Virus record (IMG/VR): IMGVR_UViG_3300021468_000003
Location: 1-62,457 of that record
DNA length: 62,457 nt
Origin: a virus
Taxonomy: Duplodnaviria; Caudoviricetes
Reading direction: 5' to 3' (one strand)
Part shown: positions 38,266 through 47,412 of the stretch, in pieces
Position numbering within the stretch: the first letter of the stretch is position 1
How the letters are laid out: every line of letters starts with the position of its first letter
The notes under the pieces: generated by a model
Seen by the model: the letters and a program-made list of their open reading frames with translations, nothing else
What the model was told of the DNA's origin: nothing
Databases searched by the model: none
Program-made: the position numbers and the translations under genes

Positions 38266-38623
38266 AGAAAGCCCTCCGGATTTTCTCCAGTGCCCAGAAC
38301 GTGGGAGTGATGCCCGATTCGGGGCATGGGATTACTTCAACGTTATCAATTTTGCGGAGCCCTGTCAAGGACAGGTTTAACCAATTTGCAATGAACGGGA
38401 CGATGGCGTCCCTCGGGAGCTCCATACTGAATATGCCGGACGCCCCCACCCTTCGCCAATATGGGTCGTTTGGGTCAAGGTCGGGGATGGACGAATCAAT
38501 AAGGGCACGGACGACCTTTGAAATGTTCATCCCTGTCAAACGACTCACCTTCTCCAGCTTCATCAACTGCTCCTCCGTAACAGCGAAACTCAAGGTTTTT
38601 GCGTAGTTCTTTTTCTTCTTCAT
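38198..38623 (-). CDS. Ribbon-helix-helix DNA-binding protein
   Basis: LSFAVTEEQLMKLEKVSRLTGMNISKVVRALI. Confidence 0.65.
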   Translation of the reverse strand: MKKKKNYAKTLSFAVTEEQLMKLEKVSRLTGMNISKVVRALIDSSIPDLDPNDPYWRRVGASGIFSMELPRDAIVPFIANWLNLSLTGLRKIDNVEVIPCPESGITPTFWALEKIRRAFYDKSVRERTDQHYESQGEAPLT

Positions 38624-39048
38624 AAGTCCTCCTCATAGGAATCAAGGATTTTTTTGTCAAGTTCGTTTATGATGTTTGCTATGTCCTTCGTGAATGCTTT
38701 CTTTTTGGCGGTGATATTAAACACCCTCTCATTGATCGTGAAGTCGAAGTCATGGTGCTTGCTTATGTTTGGGGTGATGGAGACAACTTTCGAGTACTGA
38801 TCTAGGTAGGAGAGAAACTCACCCACGGTGGCACTCTTCTTCAACGCCCACTCCACCTTCACAAGGTTCACCCCAAAAATCTTCCAGATCTTCAACTTCC
38901 AAGCCTCATCCTGCGGATAGCACCCGTTTGCGAGGATTGTTCTCATGAGATCGCTAAGCGAGACATTGTGCCTCTCTGCTTGTTCCTTAAGGGATGTATA
39001 AAGGGTCGCTGGGACCCTCAAAGAAATCTTCCTCTCTCCTCTTCTCAC
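38620..39048 (-). CDS. Ribbon-helix-helix DNA-binding protein
   Basis: ISLRVPATLYTSLKEQAERHNVSLSDLMRTIL. Confidence 0.7.
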   Translation of the reverse strand: MRRGERKISLRVPATLYTSLKEQAERHNVSLSDLMRTILANGCYPQDEAWKLKIWKIFGVNLVKVEWALKKSATVGEFLSYLDQYSKVVSITPNISKHHDFDFTINERVFNITAKKKAFTKDIANIINELDKKILDSYEEDL

Positions 39049-39367
39049 TTTCTCCTCCTCTTAAGTTCTCGTCGATTGTAGCGATGAGGTGCTTGAGGGC
39101 AATCGAGATGTTGAGGCCCTCCCTCGTCAAGCGGTACTTCAACTTCCCTCTGTCGTCACGGAATCTCTCAGATAGGCCGTAAAACTCAAGGTCGTAGGGA
39201 ATGTAGCTGATCCCCATCTCAATGAGTTCCTGGGCAGTCACAGGCTCGTCTGAGATGATGAGGAGCGGGCGCATAAACTTGTCACTTAGCAGCTTCTTGA
39301 GGAAGCGCACACTCTTGTCATCTTTATTCCGCAACCAAATACTTTTTGCCTTCTTTGACTTCAACAT
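38987..39367 (-). CDS. Winged-helix-like protein
   Basis: LEFYGL...KYRLTREG; start uncertain. Confidence 0.45.
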   Translation of the reverse strand: MLKSKKAKSIWLRNKDDKSVRFLKKLLSDKFMRPLLIISDEPVTAQELIEMGISYIPYDLEFYGLSERFRDDRGKLKYRLTREGLNISIALKHLIATIDENLRGGESEKRREEDFFEGPSDPLYIP

Positions 39368-40478
39368 GGGCATCCCCCAAGTCTGAGAGCAGCTCAAGGA
39401 GTTCTTTGAACTGGTCTCTTGTTATTTCTGTGTGAAAAGTGCGGATGAGGTCTGCAAGAGGGAGGCGCCCTCCCCTTGCGCTCAACAACTGCACTGTCTT
39501 GTATGCGTAATGTGCTAGCTTGTTTGGAGACGAGAGAATGAAGGCGATGCGCATCTTCCTCTCGATTCCATCAAACATCTCCACAGAGGTCTCAATGTCG
39601 CTGACGTCCACAACCAACCTCTTGTCTGCGAGAGCTAGCAGAGCTGCAATCTTGAGAACGTGGGTCTTGACTTTGCGCTCCTGATAGGCGACGAGGCGGT
39701 GGTCCTGGGAGGCGTCAATCTCCTGTGAGATGTACCAATCCCTATAGAAGTCCTCTGCTGTCCTGCTTATCTCGATCTCGTTGTAAAGCTCCCCCATCCA
39801 CAACAGGTGCTCGATGAGCCTTTCCCTCGCTTTGAGCTGTGCGTCTGTAAGGGAGGGCGAGGGCTCCTTTCCTCGTTTCTTGTCCTCGTAGATAATGATC
39901 GTGCGGGCAAGGAAGCCGGTGGAGTTCATGTCAGAGACTACGTTTTCCCCAAACCACTCAGGCACGGCTGCTCCAATCAAGTTGAAATAGGGGTTCGTGA
40001 CCTCGAAGACTCCAGCGTTCTTTGTCTTGTAAATGAGGACGTCGTCCTTGTCCCAGATGTTCACGAGGAACTTCACCATGTCCACGCCAGAGGCGAGGAG
40101 CACGTTTAGTTCAGAGGCGACGTATGTGATGGAGGAGTGCCTGAACATCTTCCCCTTGACCTCGATCTGTTTTTCAAGCTCACACATCTCCATTATTATC
40201 TTTTCCTTAAGGACTGAGTCCTCGAAGACATTGTATCCCGCTTCCTTGAGGAGCCTCATCCCGATGGAGAGGGATGTGGACTTCGCACAGACACCTGGAG
40301 GCGCCACGAGGACGACGTACAAGTTGAGGAAGAGCTTGAAGAACCCTCGGTCGATCCACAACCGCTTCTCTGCTGCGCCCGCAAGGGTGGACATTGCCAC
40401 CCAGAGGTGCATGACCTCCGGCGTCTCGTTTCCTTCTGTATAAAAAAGGTAGTCTTCTACAAACTTCGGGTATTTCAT
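39324..40478 (-). CDS. DUF3987-like replicative helicase / ATPase
   Basis: NLYVVLVAPPGVCAKSTS, SELN, GFLARTI; adjacent to PolA. Confidence 0.75.
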   Translation of the reverse strand: MKYPKFVEDYLFYTEGNETPEVMHLWVAMSTLAGAAEKRLWIDRGFFKLFLNLYVVLVAPPGVCAKSTSLSIGMRLLKEAGYNVFEDSVLKEKIIMEMCELEKQIEVKGKMFRHSSITYVASELNVLLASGVDMVKFLVNIWDKDDVLIYKTKNAGVFEVTNPYFNLIGAAVPEWFGENVVSDMNSTGFLARTIIIYEDKKRGKEPSPSLTDAQLKARERLIEHLLWMGELYNEIEISRTAEDFYRDWYISQEIDASQDHRLVAYQERKVKTHVLKIAALLALADKRLVVDVSDIETSVEMFDGIERKMRIAFILSSPNKLAHYAYKTVQLLSARGGRLPLADLIRTFHTEITRDQFKELLELLSDLGDAHVEVKEGKKYLVAE

Positions 40479-42793
40479 ACCTTGAGCTCATTGTAGACTT
40501 TTTCTATATCGTTCAAGTCTTTGACCTCTTTGAGTGTACCCCAGGAGTAGCCGAGCTCGAAATCGAGGGGTACTACGAATGTGAGGCCGTTGACTGTTAT
40601 AGGGACTTCAACCAGCTTCTTCATTGCATACATGCACTTTATGATGGTTTCAAGGTCATCGTCTACTTGGCAGAGGATGGAGTCGTAGACTGAGAGACGA
40701 AACTCCCAGGAAGGGAGATCCTCTTCGTAAATGCGTATCAACCCCTCGTTGAGGTAGTCCGCAGCAGTGGACTGGGGTTCTGCTGCGATGGCCTCACGGA
40801 ACGTTTTGTCGTTGAGGGGCCCGAAGAACTGGATTACTCTGCCAAAGACAGTGCGGATCACCCTTTCCCTCTTGACTTGCCTCTCTACCCGCTGCTGCCA
40901 CTCCCTCAGACCAGGCCGAATCTCGTAGTACCTTGCTTGGAGCTCCGCAGCTTCTCTTTCGGAGCAACCGAGGATAGCAGCCATTAGGCGCTTCCCTAGG
41001 CGGTAATGTGTGCCGTGCGCTATGCGTTTCGCTGTGTAGCGGTGGGTGGCTTTATCAACTTTGTCGTAAGGGATATGGAAGAGGAGTGCCGCTGTCTCTG
41101 TGTGAAGGTCTGTCTCATCAAACTTTCGCAACCATTCCTCATTACCGCTAAGCGCAGCGACAATGCGGGCCTCCACTTGGGAGAGGTCGGCCTGAATGAA
41201 AATTTTGCCCTCATCAGCCTTGTAGAAGGTGCGAGTTTCTTTAGGGATGTTTAGCAAGTTTTTCCCTGAGCCTGTGATGCTTTCTGAGGACGCAAACCTG
41301 CCGGTGTAAGTGCCGTGGATCTTCAGTGCTGTTCGTATCCTTATGTCGGGGTCGTACTTGAGGTTGTAGAAGTCTCGCTTCTTCTTTGTTTCCCTGAGCT
41401 TTCTTATGAGACCAATGTGCAGCTTGAAGGGTGTCGGCATCCTCTCCAACTTCTGGAGCTTCTCATCATTTGTCGTAACCTTCCCATGTTTCTTTTGCAC
41501 GGGGAGCTGCCAGTCCTTGTAGATGAGCTTCTTGAGCTGAACGTGAGAATTTGTGTTGACATCGCCTATTGTTTGCTCCTTGATTGTTTCAAGGACTTCG
41601 ATTGCCCGCTCATTTTTCTTGCGGAACTCTTCAATGGCGTACAGATCGAGTTTTGTGCCCCGAACCATAGCGAAGAGGCAGGGGCGGATGAGGGACATCA
41701 TGCGGTTGTAAGCCTTGCGGGTGCCCCACTCATCTATCTCTCGCTGTTGAACTTCCATTATCTCGTATGTCAAGCAGCAGTCCTTCCCGCAGTAGATGTA
41801 GAGGGAGTCCCAGTCGACGGCGCCCCTCTTCACATCTTTCAGATAGTCCTTGACATCTTCGCCTTCCTTCAGGTCCTTCCAGTAGGGCTCGTTTGTGTAG
41901 ATGGAGGCGCAGAACGCTAGGGACTTGAGGAGCGTAGGGTAGATTGCGTGCTGGGCCAGCATGGTGTCGCAGTAGATGTTATTGTTGAGGATTTTGTAGT
42001 AGTAAGCGTTGTGCATACAGTCAAAGAGGGCGTTGTGGAAGACCTTGGGTGTGGAGGAGGCACAGAAGCGGGAGAGTTGGCGGAGGACAATCGGGTGGCG
42101 GAGGAGCTCCTTGGAAAGAACAAAGGCTTCTTTCTTGGAGGTCGCCATGCCATAGGCAACCATCACCGGCCCAGTTGTCTCGATGTCGCACACCACAGAA
42201 GAGGGGTAGTCTGTGAGGTTGTGAAGGAGTTTCAGAGCCTCGGTCTCGTTCGTAACAGTGCGAATGTTGCGCTCAGGATAAAGAATCTCTGGGAATTTGG
42301 ACTCACGGGCAGCCTTCTTCAAATCAAGGATGCAGATAGGCTCGAAGCGTCCGTTCCCCCTTATGATGTTCCCTGGGTGGATGATGGGGAGGACTTTGAG
42401 ACCTGGGACGAGGGTGCAAGGGAGGATGGCACCACGATACTTCGTAATTTGGGGACGGTTTGTGAGGACGTTCAGCGCCTTTGCACCTACAGCGATGACA
42501 AGGTTGAGACCTTCGGCCTTCAGTCGCTCCAGGTCCTCGGCTAGTTGCCTCCGGCCTTCAGCAATCACTTCCTGGGACAGGGTGTCATATCTGTTCTTGA
42601 ACGGACGCTTGTGGACAGTGTTCGTCACGAAGCACTCATGCCACTTGAGGCCAGCGAAACGGAACCACTTCCGAAGAATCTGTCCCTCGTACCCAATGAA
42701 AGGCTTGCCCCTGCGGTCTTCCTCTTCCCCAGGCGCCTCGCCGACGACGCAAATCTTAGCTGGGTTTTGTGGGACCTGTTGGATTAGGCGCAT
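40475..42793 (-). CDS. Family A DNA polymerase with N-terminal uracil-DNA-glycosylase-like domain
   Basis: VVGEAPG...PFIG...TN...HP UDG motifs; DIET, FHNALFD exonuclease motifs; TGRFAS, DLSQVEAR, KRIAHGTHY, VYDS polymerase motifs. Confidence 0.92.
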   Translation of the reverse strand: MRLIQQVPQNPAKICVVGEAPGEEEDRRGKPFIGYEGQILRKWFRFAGLKWHECFVTNTVHKRPFKNRYDTLSQEVIAEGRRQLAEDLERLKAEGLNLVIAVGAKALNVLTNRPQITKYRGAILPCTLVPGLKVLPIIHPGNIIRGNGRFEPICILDLKKAARESKFPEILYPERNIRTVTNETEALKLLHNLTDYPSSVVCDIETTGPVMVAYGMATSKKEAFVLSKELLRHPIVLRQLSRFCASSTPKVFHNALFDCMHNAYYYKILNNNIYCDTMLAQHAIYPTLLKSLAFCASIYTNEPYWKDLKEGEDVKDYLKDVKRGAVDWDSLYIYCGKDCCLTYEIMEVQQREIDEWGTRKAYNRMMSLIRPCLFAMVRGTKLDLYAIEEFRKKNERAIEVLETIKEQTIGDVNTNSHVQLKKLIYKDWQLPVQKKHGKVTTNDEKLQKLERMPTPFKLHIGLIRKLRETKKKRDFYNLKYDPDIRIRTALKIHGTYTGRFASSESITGSGKNLLNIPKETRTFYKADEGKIFIQADLSQVEARIVAALSGNEEWLRKFDETDLHTETAALLFHIPYDKVDKATHRYTAKRIAHGTHYRLGKRLMAAILGCSEREAAELQARYYEIRPGLREWQQRVERQVKRERVIRTVFGRVIQFFGPLNDKTFREAIAAEPQSTAADYLNEGLIRIYEEDLPSWEFRLSVYDSILCQVDDDLETIIKCMYAMKKLVEVPITVNGLTFVVPLDFELGYSWGTLKEVKDLNDIEKVYNELKV

Positions 42794-44058
42794 TTTTTCT
42801 CCTCGATGTAAGCAATTGTTGCTGAGATGCTTTTGTTGTAATGACGTTCGAGCTTTTCGCAGCCGATGAACTGCCTGTTGGTGTCGTAACACGCTCGGAT
42901 AGTGGAGCCACTCCCGCAGAAGACGTCGAGGACGGTGTCGCCTGGGGAGGAGAATGTCTGGATAATGTCGATGATGAGGGCCTCCGGCTTTTGAGCAGCG
43001 TGAAAGCGCTTGCCTGCTGGAGGAGGTGGGTAGGTGAAGATGTTGGAACGGCCTTGTTTGGTGAGACGGGCGTCAGGGGTAGTGTATGCGTACAGGGCGA
43101 TTTCGGCGGCACACCCGACACGGAGGGTTGATTGAATTGACCGCCCCGTTGCCCCCGATTTGACCCATATCAACGGCACCCTTGGAACGTAGAACCCTGC
43201 ACGTTCAGCCATGACACACACGGCCTCATACAATTGATATGACGTCCACAAAACCATGTACCGCCCGTCACGAAGGACACGGCGGAAATGGGGCATACAT
43301 GCCTTCAGCAGGGCGACGATGTCAGCCTGCTCGTCTTCGTACGCTTCCTCCGGAGAGGCGACAACATCATCCAAGTTGATGCCATACGGTGGATCAGTGA
43401 GTACTAGATCCACCGAGGCATCGTCGAGGGTGGAGAGGAAGGAGACGGCATCCCCTAGGCGATAGTTCGCCAGAAGGCCCTCGAAGTCAATTTTAGCTTT
43501 CGCAGCCTTCGCCTTCTCAACTGCACCGAGTATCTTCTTTTTTTCTTCAGCATCCATCCTGCGAACAGCTTCACTCACGGAGGTTGCGTCCTTAACAAGC
43601 TCCTCGTTGTCAGCGATCTTCAGGAGCCGACTAACCATAGCAGGGTCTTTGCCCAGGAGTTTCGCTGTGTCCTTCACAGTCCAACCGCCAGTGTGTCCTG
43701 GGACGGGGCGCCCCTTCTCTTCGACGCCCCTCTCATGGATAGCTTTGACCAACCGAGCGATTTCGACGGGCTTCAGGTCCGAGCGTTGGATGTTCTCTTC
43801 GAGCTGGGCCACGAGGTCGTCGATGCCCTCCCTCAAGATGAAGTGTTTTCCCTCCTCCAGGTAGGTTAGTCCGAGGTACTCGGTGAGGGCAATGAAGCGA
43901 CTGCGGCCCGCTCTCACAATGTAGGAGTCCCCGACTTTCTCCACAAGGATTGGCTGTAAAAGCCCGACGTTCTTGATGGAGAGGGCCAGGTCTCCAATTC
44001 CTTCTCGCTCTTCCCTGAAGTCGCTTTCGAAGATAAATTGCTCAGCTGGTACACGCAT
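42784..44058 (-). CDS. ParB-like N-terminal domain fused to N4/N6 DNA methyltransferase
   Basis: SIKNVGLLQPILV...AGRSR; TDPPYG; QKP; LDVFCGSGST. Confidence 0.9.
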   Translation of the reverse strand: MRVPAEQFIFESDFREEREGIGDLALSIKNVGLLQPILVEKVGDSYIVRAGRSRFIALTEYLGLTYLEEGKHFILREGIDDLVAQLEENIQRSDLKPVEIARLVKAIHERGVEEKGRPVPGHTGGWTVKDTAKLLGKDPAMVSRLLKIADNEELVKDATSVSEAVRRMDAEEKKKILGAVEKAKAAKAKIDFEGLLANYRLGDAVSFLSTLDDASVDLVLTDPPYGINLDDVVASPEEAYEDEQADIVALLKACMPHFRRVLRDGRYMVLWTSYQLYEAVCVMAERAGFYVPRVPLIWVKSGATGRSIQSTLRVGCAAEIALYAYTTPDARLTKQGRSNIFTYPPPPAGKRFHAAQKPEALIIDIIQTFSSPGDTVLDVFCGSGSTIRACYDTNRQFIGCEKLERHYNKSISATIAYIEEKKCA

Positions 44059-44062
44059 CTCC

Positions 44063-44428
44063 TTACTCCATCGCCGTCAAGTTCTTAATTTCGTTGCGCA
44101 TTTCCCCTTCGTACTCTCGCTGGCGGACGTCGAGGATAGCCTCGAGCCCCTCGAAGTCCTGGGTGTCAAGCTGCTTGCCACTTTCAATGCCTGCGGCTTC
44201 GGCGTACTGCTTCACTTTCCAGGTGACGGAGAGGACGACGTTGTCAAAAAGTTTTCGTCCTTCGTACTCACCCTCGATGACAACCCACTCCATCTTGAGC
44301 ATCGGCTTCCCTGTGGTGCTTTCCACGAGGGTGCATTTGTCTAACCGAGCAGGATATTGTCCTGCTGGAAGGGGATCGAAACCGCTTTGGACTTCGGCTA
44401 AATCGTAGTCTAAGTTGATAATAGTCAT
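44063..44428 (-). CDS. DUF669-like single-stranded DNA-binding protein
   Basis: FDPLPAGQY...GKPMLKMEW...GRKLFD...RNEIK. Confidence 0.8.
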   Translation of the reverse strand: MTIINLDYDLAEVQSGFDPLPAGQYPARLDKCTLVESTTGKPMLKMEWVVIEGEYEGRKLFDNVVLSVTWKVKQYAEAAGIESGKQLDTQDFEGLEAILDVRQREYEGEMRNEIKNLTAME

Positions 44429-44443
44429 AACTGGCCTCCTTTC

Positions 44444-45250
44444 TTACGCCTCCGGCGGCGTCCATGTTGGTTCAGGAAGCTCCCTGCCGAGGGAGGCTTC
44501 CAGATAAGGTTTCATTTTCTCATACGTCGGATTTTCAATGTCAGGTAAGAGCGCCTGGGAGCCTGTGGCGGTGCGTGGGTCTGGGATGCTGCGGAGAACC
44601 CTCGTGACTTTTGGTTTGTTGCGGGTGCCGCTGACCCTCGTCTCCAAGCGCAAGTACTCATTCACCATCGAAGGGATGCGGTCCTTGGATTGGCCAGGGA
44701 CGAGGAGCTGCCTCACAAACTCCCCCGTGACCTCATCCTTTGATGTGTACTCATGTCCGATGATGATAACGTTGCACTTCGCTCCCTTGGATTTGAGGGT
44801 AAGGATGAGGGAGAGCATCTCATTGAGGAAGACACCCCAGTCTTGGATCTGGAGCTGCTCCCTCCCCACCTTTCGACGGACGTAGTCCAAGAGGAACTCC
44901 GACGCCCTTGAAGTGTTGTCGAGGATGAGCGTGGAGTCCTTGGGCATCCGCAAGGCAAGGCGTTCGACAAGTTTCTTCACCTTGAGCCAGGCAGATTGCT
45001 TGATGAAGGCTTTCCCACAGATTTGGACGAAGTCCTCATCTTCCGTTGGCCCTTCGTCTATCTGGATGACGTCGAAATCAAAGTCCAAGTCGTACTTCGC
45101 CCGAAGGGACTTGACACTCTTGAGCCCGTCGTCCAGGTCGATGAAGAAGGGCTGTGGGAACTGTGAGGCAAGGACGGTCTTCCCTACCTTTGGTGGGCCC
45201 CACAACACTACAATGTACCGTTCAAACTTCATTTCACTCAGTTTCGCCAT
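44444..45250 (-). CDS. Sak4-like AAA recombination ATPase
   Basis: WGPPKVGKT, FIDLDDG, LILDN, IIGHE. Confidence 0.8.
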   Translation of the reverse strand: MAKLSEMKFERYIVVLWGPPKVGKTVLASQFPQPFFIDLDDGLKSVKSLRAKYDLDFDFDVIQIDEGPTEDEDFVQICGKAFIKQSAWLKVKKLVERLALRMPKDSTLILDNTSRASEFLLDYVRRKVGREQLQIQDWGVFLNEMLSLILTLKSKGAKCNVIIIGHEYTSKDEVTGEFVRQLLVPGQSKDRIPSMVNEYLRLETRVSGTRNKPKVTRVLRSIPDPRTATGSQALLPDIENPTYEKMKPYLEASLGRELPEPTWTPPEA

Positions 45251-45431
45251 CTTCTTCCTCCCCTCTGACAAAGATGGTGTCGCCCTCGTAAGCGAAGGAG
45301 ACGGCGGCGACCTCTCGGCCACACTCCCTACAGACATAGACCTTCGTCTGCGTGGGGAAGCTCCCGTTCTTCCCTTCAAACACGATTTTCTTCCGCTTTA
45401 CATACATGCTTCCTCCGCAGACGCAAATCAC
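45234..45431 (-). CDS. Zn-ribbon small protein
   Basis: CVCGG...CRECG; overlaps both neighbours. Confidence 0.6.
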   Translation of the reverse strand: MICVCGGSMYVKRKKIVFEGKNGSFPTQTKVYVCRECGREVAAVSFAYEGDTIFVRGEEEDGETE

Positions 45432-46192
45432 CAGTCCAGCTCCTTCTGCTCACGAGAGATGTTGTAGCACCTATCAATGATTAGTTGCTTTTGAGAGGGG
45501 TCGGCCTTACACAAAGGCGTGTATGGGCAGTCCCTCCCAAAGGCTTTGCACGCAAAAGGGGACTTGGGAAAGACCCCTTTCGTGGTGCACAGTGTGTAGA
45601 AGGAGAGGAGGAGCTTTGTCTCCTGTCTCCATCTCTTTAACTCATCCAAGGTAAATGTAATGAGGTAGCGGTTGACCTCCAAGCGGTGGGGGTCGAGGGA
45701 GTTGATAAGGATGCCCGCTACCTCGGAGAAGTAGACCTTCGCTCCGGCCCAGTACGAGATGAACTGATCGTTTGGTTTGAATTGGAGGTAGTAGGGCTTC
45801 GTTGTCTTGTGCTCGACGACGTAGAGCTCCCCATTTACCTTCGCAATCCCATCGAACCGCCCCCTCCACTCATGCCTGCCGATCTTGAAGGTGAAGTCTT
45901 TTTCGGCGACGAGGAGTTTGGGTGGCTTCGAGGCGACATACATGTTCAGCAGGGTGATCGCATTGATTCGGTTCTTCACCCCGTGCTGAGGAAACTCCAT
46001 GTCCTGCAAAAAAGCAAGGGCCTCTTCCTTCCCCTCCTTATGGAACTTTTCTATCGCTTTATGGATAGCCGTTCCGAAGAGCAAATCTGGATTCTTCCCA
46101 CCTCCCTTCAACACCAAGCCGAGGTCATACGCATAGTGTGCTCGTGCGAAACACAGCTTCATCTCTGCGAGGAAAGAGGAGCGAACGATCAC
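45428..46192 (-). CDS. Cas4-like PD-(D/E)XK exonuclease
   Basis: GTAIH, GRFDG, EHKT, Q..SY; one N-terminal Cys plus C-terminal C..C..C cluster. Confidence 0.85.
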   Translation of the reverse strand: MIVRSSFLAEMKLCFARAHYAYDLGLVLKGGGKNPDLLFGTAIHKAIEKFHKEGKEEALAFLQDMEFPQHGVKNRINAITLLNMYVASKPPKLLVAEKDFTFKIGRHEWRGRFDGIAKVNGELYVVEHKTTKPYYLQFKPNDQFISYWAGAKVYFSEVAGILINSLDPHRLEVNRYLITFTLDELKRWRQETKLLLSFYTLCTTKGVFPKSPFACKAFGRDCPYTPLCKADPSQKQLIIDRCYNISREQKELDW

Positions 46193-46395
46193 TCGGAGCC
46201 TCCGGCGAGGAGTTTCTTGAACAGCTCCTCGTTCTCTTTCTTCTTCTTTGACGAAACCTTGCGTTTGCGCAACGCCTTCTTCGTCTTCGCCTCCAAGGCT
46301 CGGAGCTGCTCCTCGTTGAGGGTACGCACGATTTCCTCAATGTCAGCATCTGTCATCTCATGCAAGGGCTTCTTCAGCAGGTCTTCGAACTTCAT
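46189..46395 (-). CDS. Small basic hypothetical protein
   Basis: ATGA overlaps on both sides. Confidence 0.65.
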   Translation of the reverse strand: MKFEDLLKKPLHEMTDADIEEIVRTLNEEQLRALEAKTKKALRKRKVSSKKKKENEELFKKLLAGGSE

Positions 46396-46772
46396 GACAG
46401 CAGCTCAACCACCTTGCCGAATTTGCCTGCGACGAAGGCTTTCTGCACTTCACTCATCAGGTCGGGGTTCTCCAAGAGGGAGTCACGGTTGTCCATGATG
46501 AGCTGGAGCGCCTGAGCCTTTGTGGATGTGCGGGCACCTTGGCCTGGGCGGTACGCAGCGACTGCGGCGTCAACTTCTTCTCTGTCCTTCCCCTGCTTGA
46601 AGGCTTCACGGGCGATGGCCTGTTGCTTGACTCGGAGAGCAGAATTGATGAGGTAGAGGACGCCCTGTGGGGTGTAGACCTCGATGGCCTCCTCGACATC
46701 CTTGGGCATTACCAAAGTAAATTCCCATTCGTTTCCGTCCTTTGTCTTGACGATTCCTGTTTCAGTACGCAT
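46392..46772 (-). CDS. Hypothetical protein
   Basis: AGGAGG RBS; 126 aa. Confidence 0.75.
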   Translation of the reverse strand: MRTETGIVKTKDGNEWEFTLVMPKDVEEAIEVYTPQGVLYLINSALRVKQQAIAREAFKQGKDREEVDAAVAAYRPGQGARTSTKAQALQLIMDNRDSLLENPDLMSEVQKAFVAGKFGKVVELLS

Positions 46773-46830
46773 AAAAATCCTCCTTTAAGATTTGATTTTG
46801 GGGGTTCTCCCCGTTCCGAATTGTTAACGG

Positions 46831-46858
46831 TGAGAGGGTGGGCGTTCGCACCCTCTCA
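46831..46858 (-). terminator. 10-bp hairpin just beyond the array (terminator or processing signal)
   Basis: TGAGAGGGTG-N8-CACCCTCTCA; no clear U-tract. Confidence 0.45.
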
Positions 46859-46895
46859 GGAGCGCTCCAACACAATGGGGGTTCTTTGTTTTTAA

Positions 46896-47409
46896 TGGCT
46901 CACTTATCTACTCTGGTTTCCTTAGCGCTCGTGGTTCACTTGAAACCCTTTGGTTTTCTTGCATTCAATGGTTCACTCCATAGTGATGGATTCCTTGAGG
47001 AATGTGATTCATTCGTCGCTCTTGGGTTTCTTTTGCCAGTTGATTCACTCCATTTCCCTGGTCTCCTTGTTGACAATGATTCACTTAGCGGCCTTGGTTT
47101 CCTTCATGAGCGTGGTTCGCTCGACAACGATGGTCTTTTTGCCGATAGTGGCTCACTCTCAGCCCAAGGGTTTCTGTCCTGACATGGCTCACTTTTTGCT
47201 CGTGGGTTTCTTTTGTTTGCTGGTTCACTTCCCCGAACTGGGCTTCTCGTGCACAATGGTTCACTTCTCGAAACTGGTTTTCTTGTTTTTGATGGTTCAC
47301 TTTTATAAGATGAGCTCCTTAATATGTCTGATTCACTCTTACAGAATGGATTTCTTAGATTGTGTGATTCACTTCTAAAGACTGGTTTCCTGCCTTATTG
47401 TGATTCACC
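46896..47409 (-). ncRNA. TIGR-like guide RNA array: 14 units of 36 nt (one unit 37 nt)
   Basis: Minus strand: AGTGAAYCA-N9-AGRAAMCCA-N9 repeated with unique spacers; starts 4 nt after the tas stop codon. Confidence 0.88.
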
Positions 47410-47412
47410 TTT

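Noticed and set aside
46838-47378. ORFs 46838-47182, 46950-47378 and 47085-47300 as repeat proteins
   Set aside because: By-products of the 36-nt periodicity; the 37-nt unit shifts the phase, and there is no convincing RBS
46896-47409. CRISPR array
   Set aside because: Repeats are 9 nt and alternate between two types with 9-nt spacers; no cas1, cas2 or effector genes
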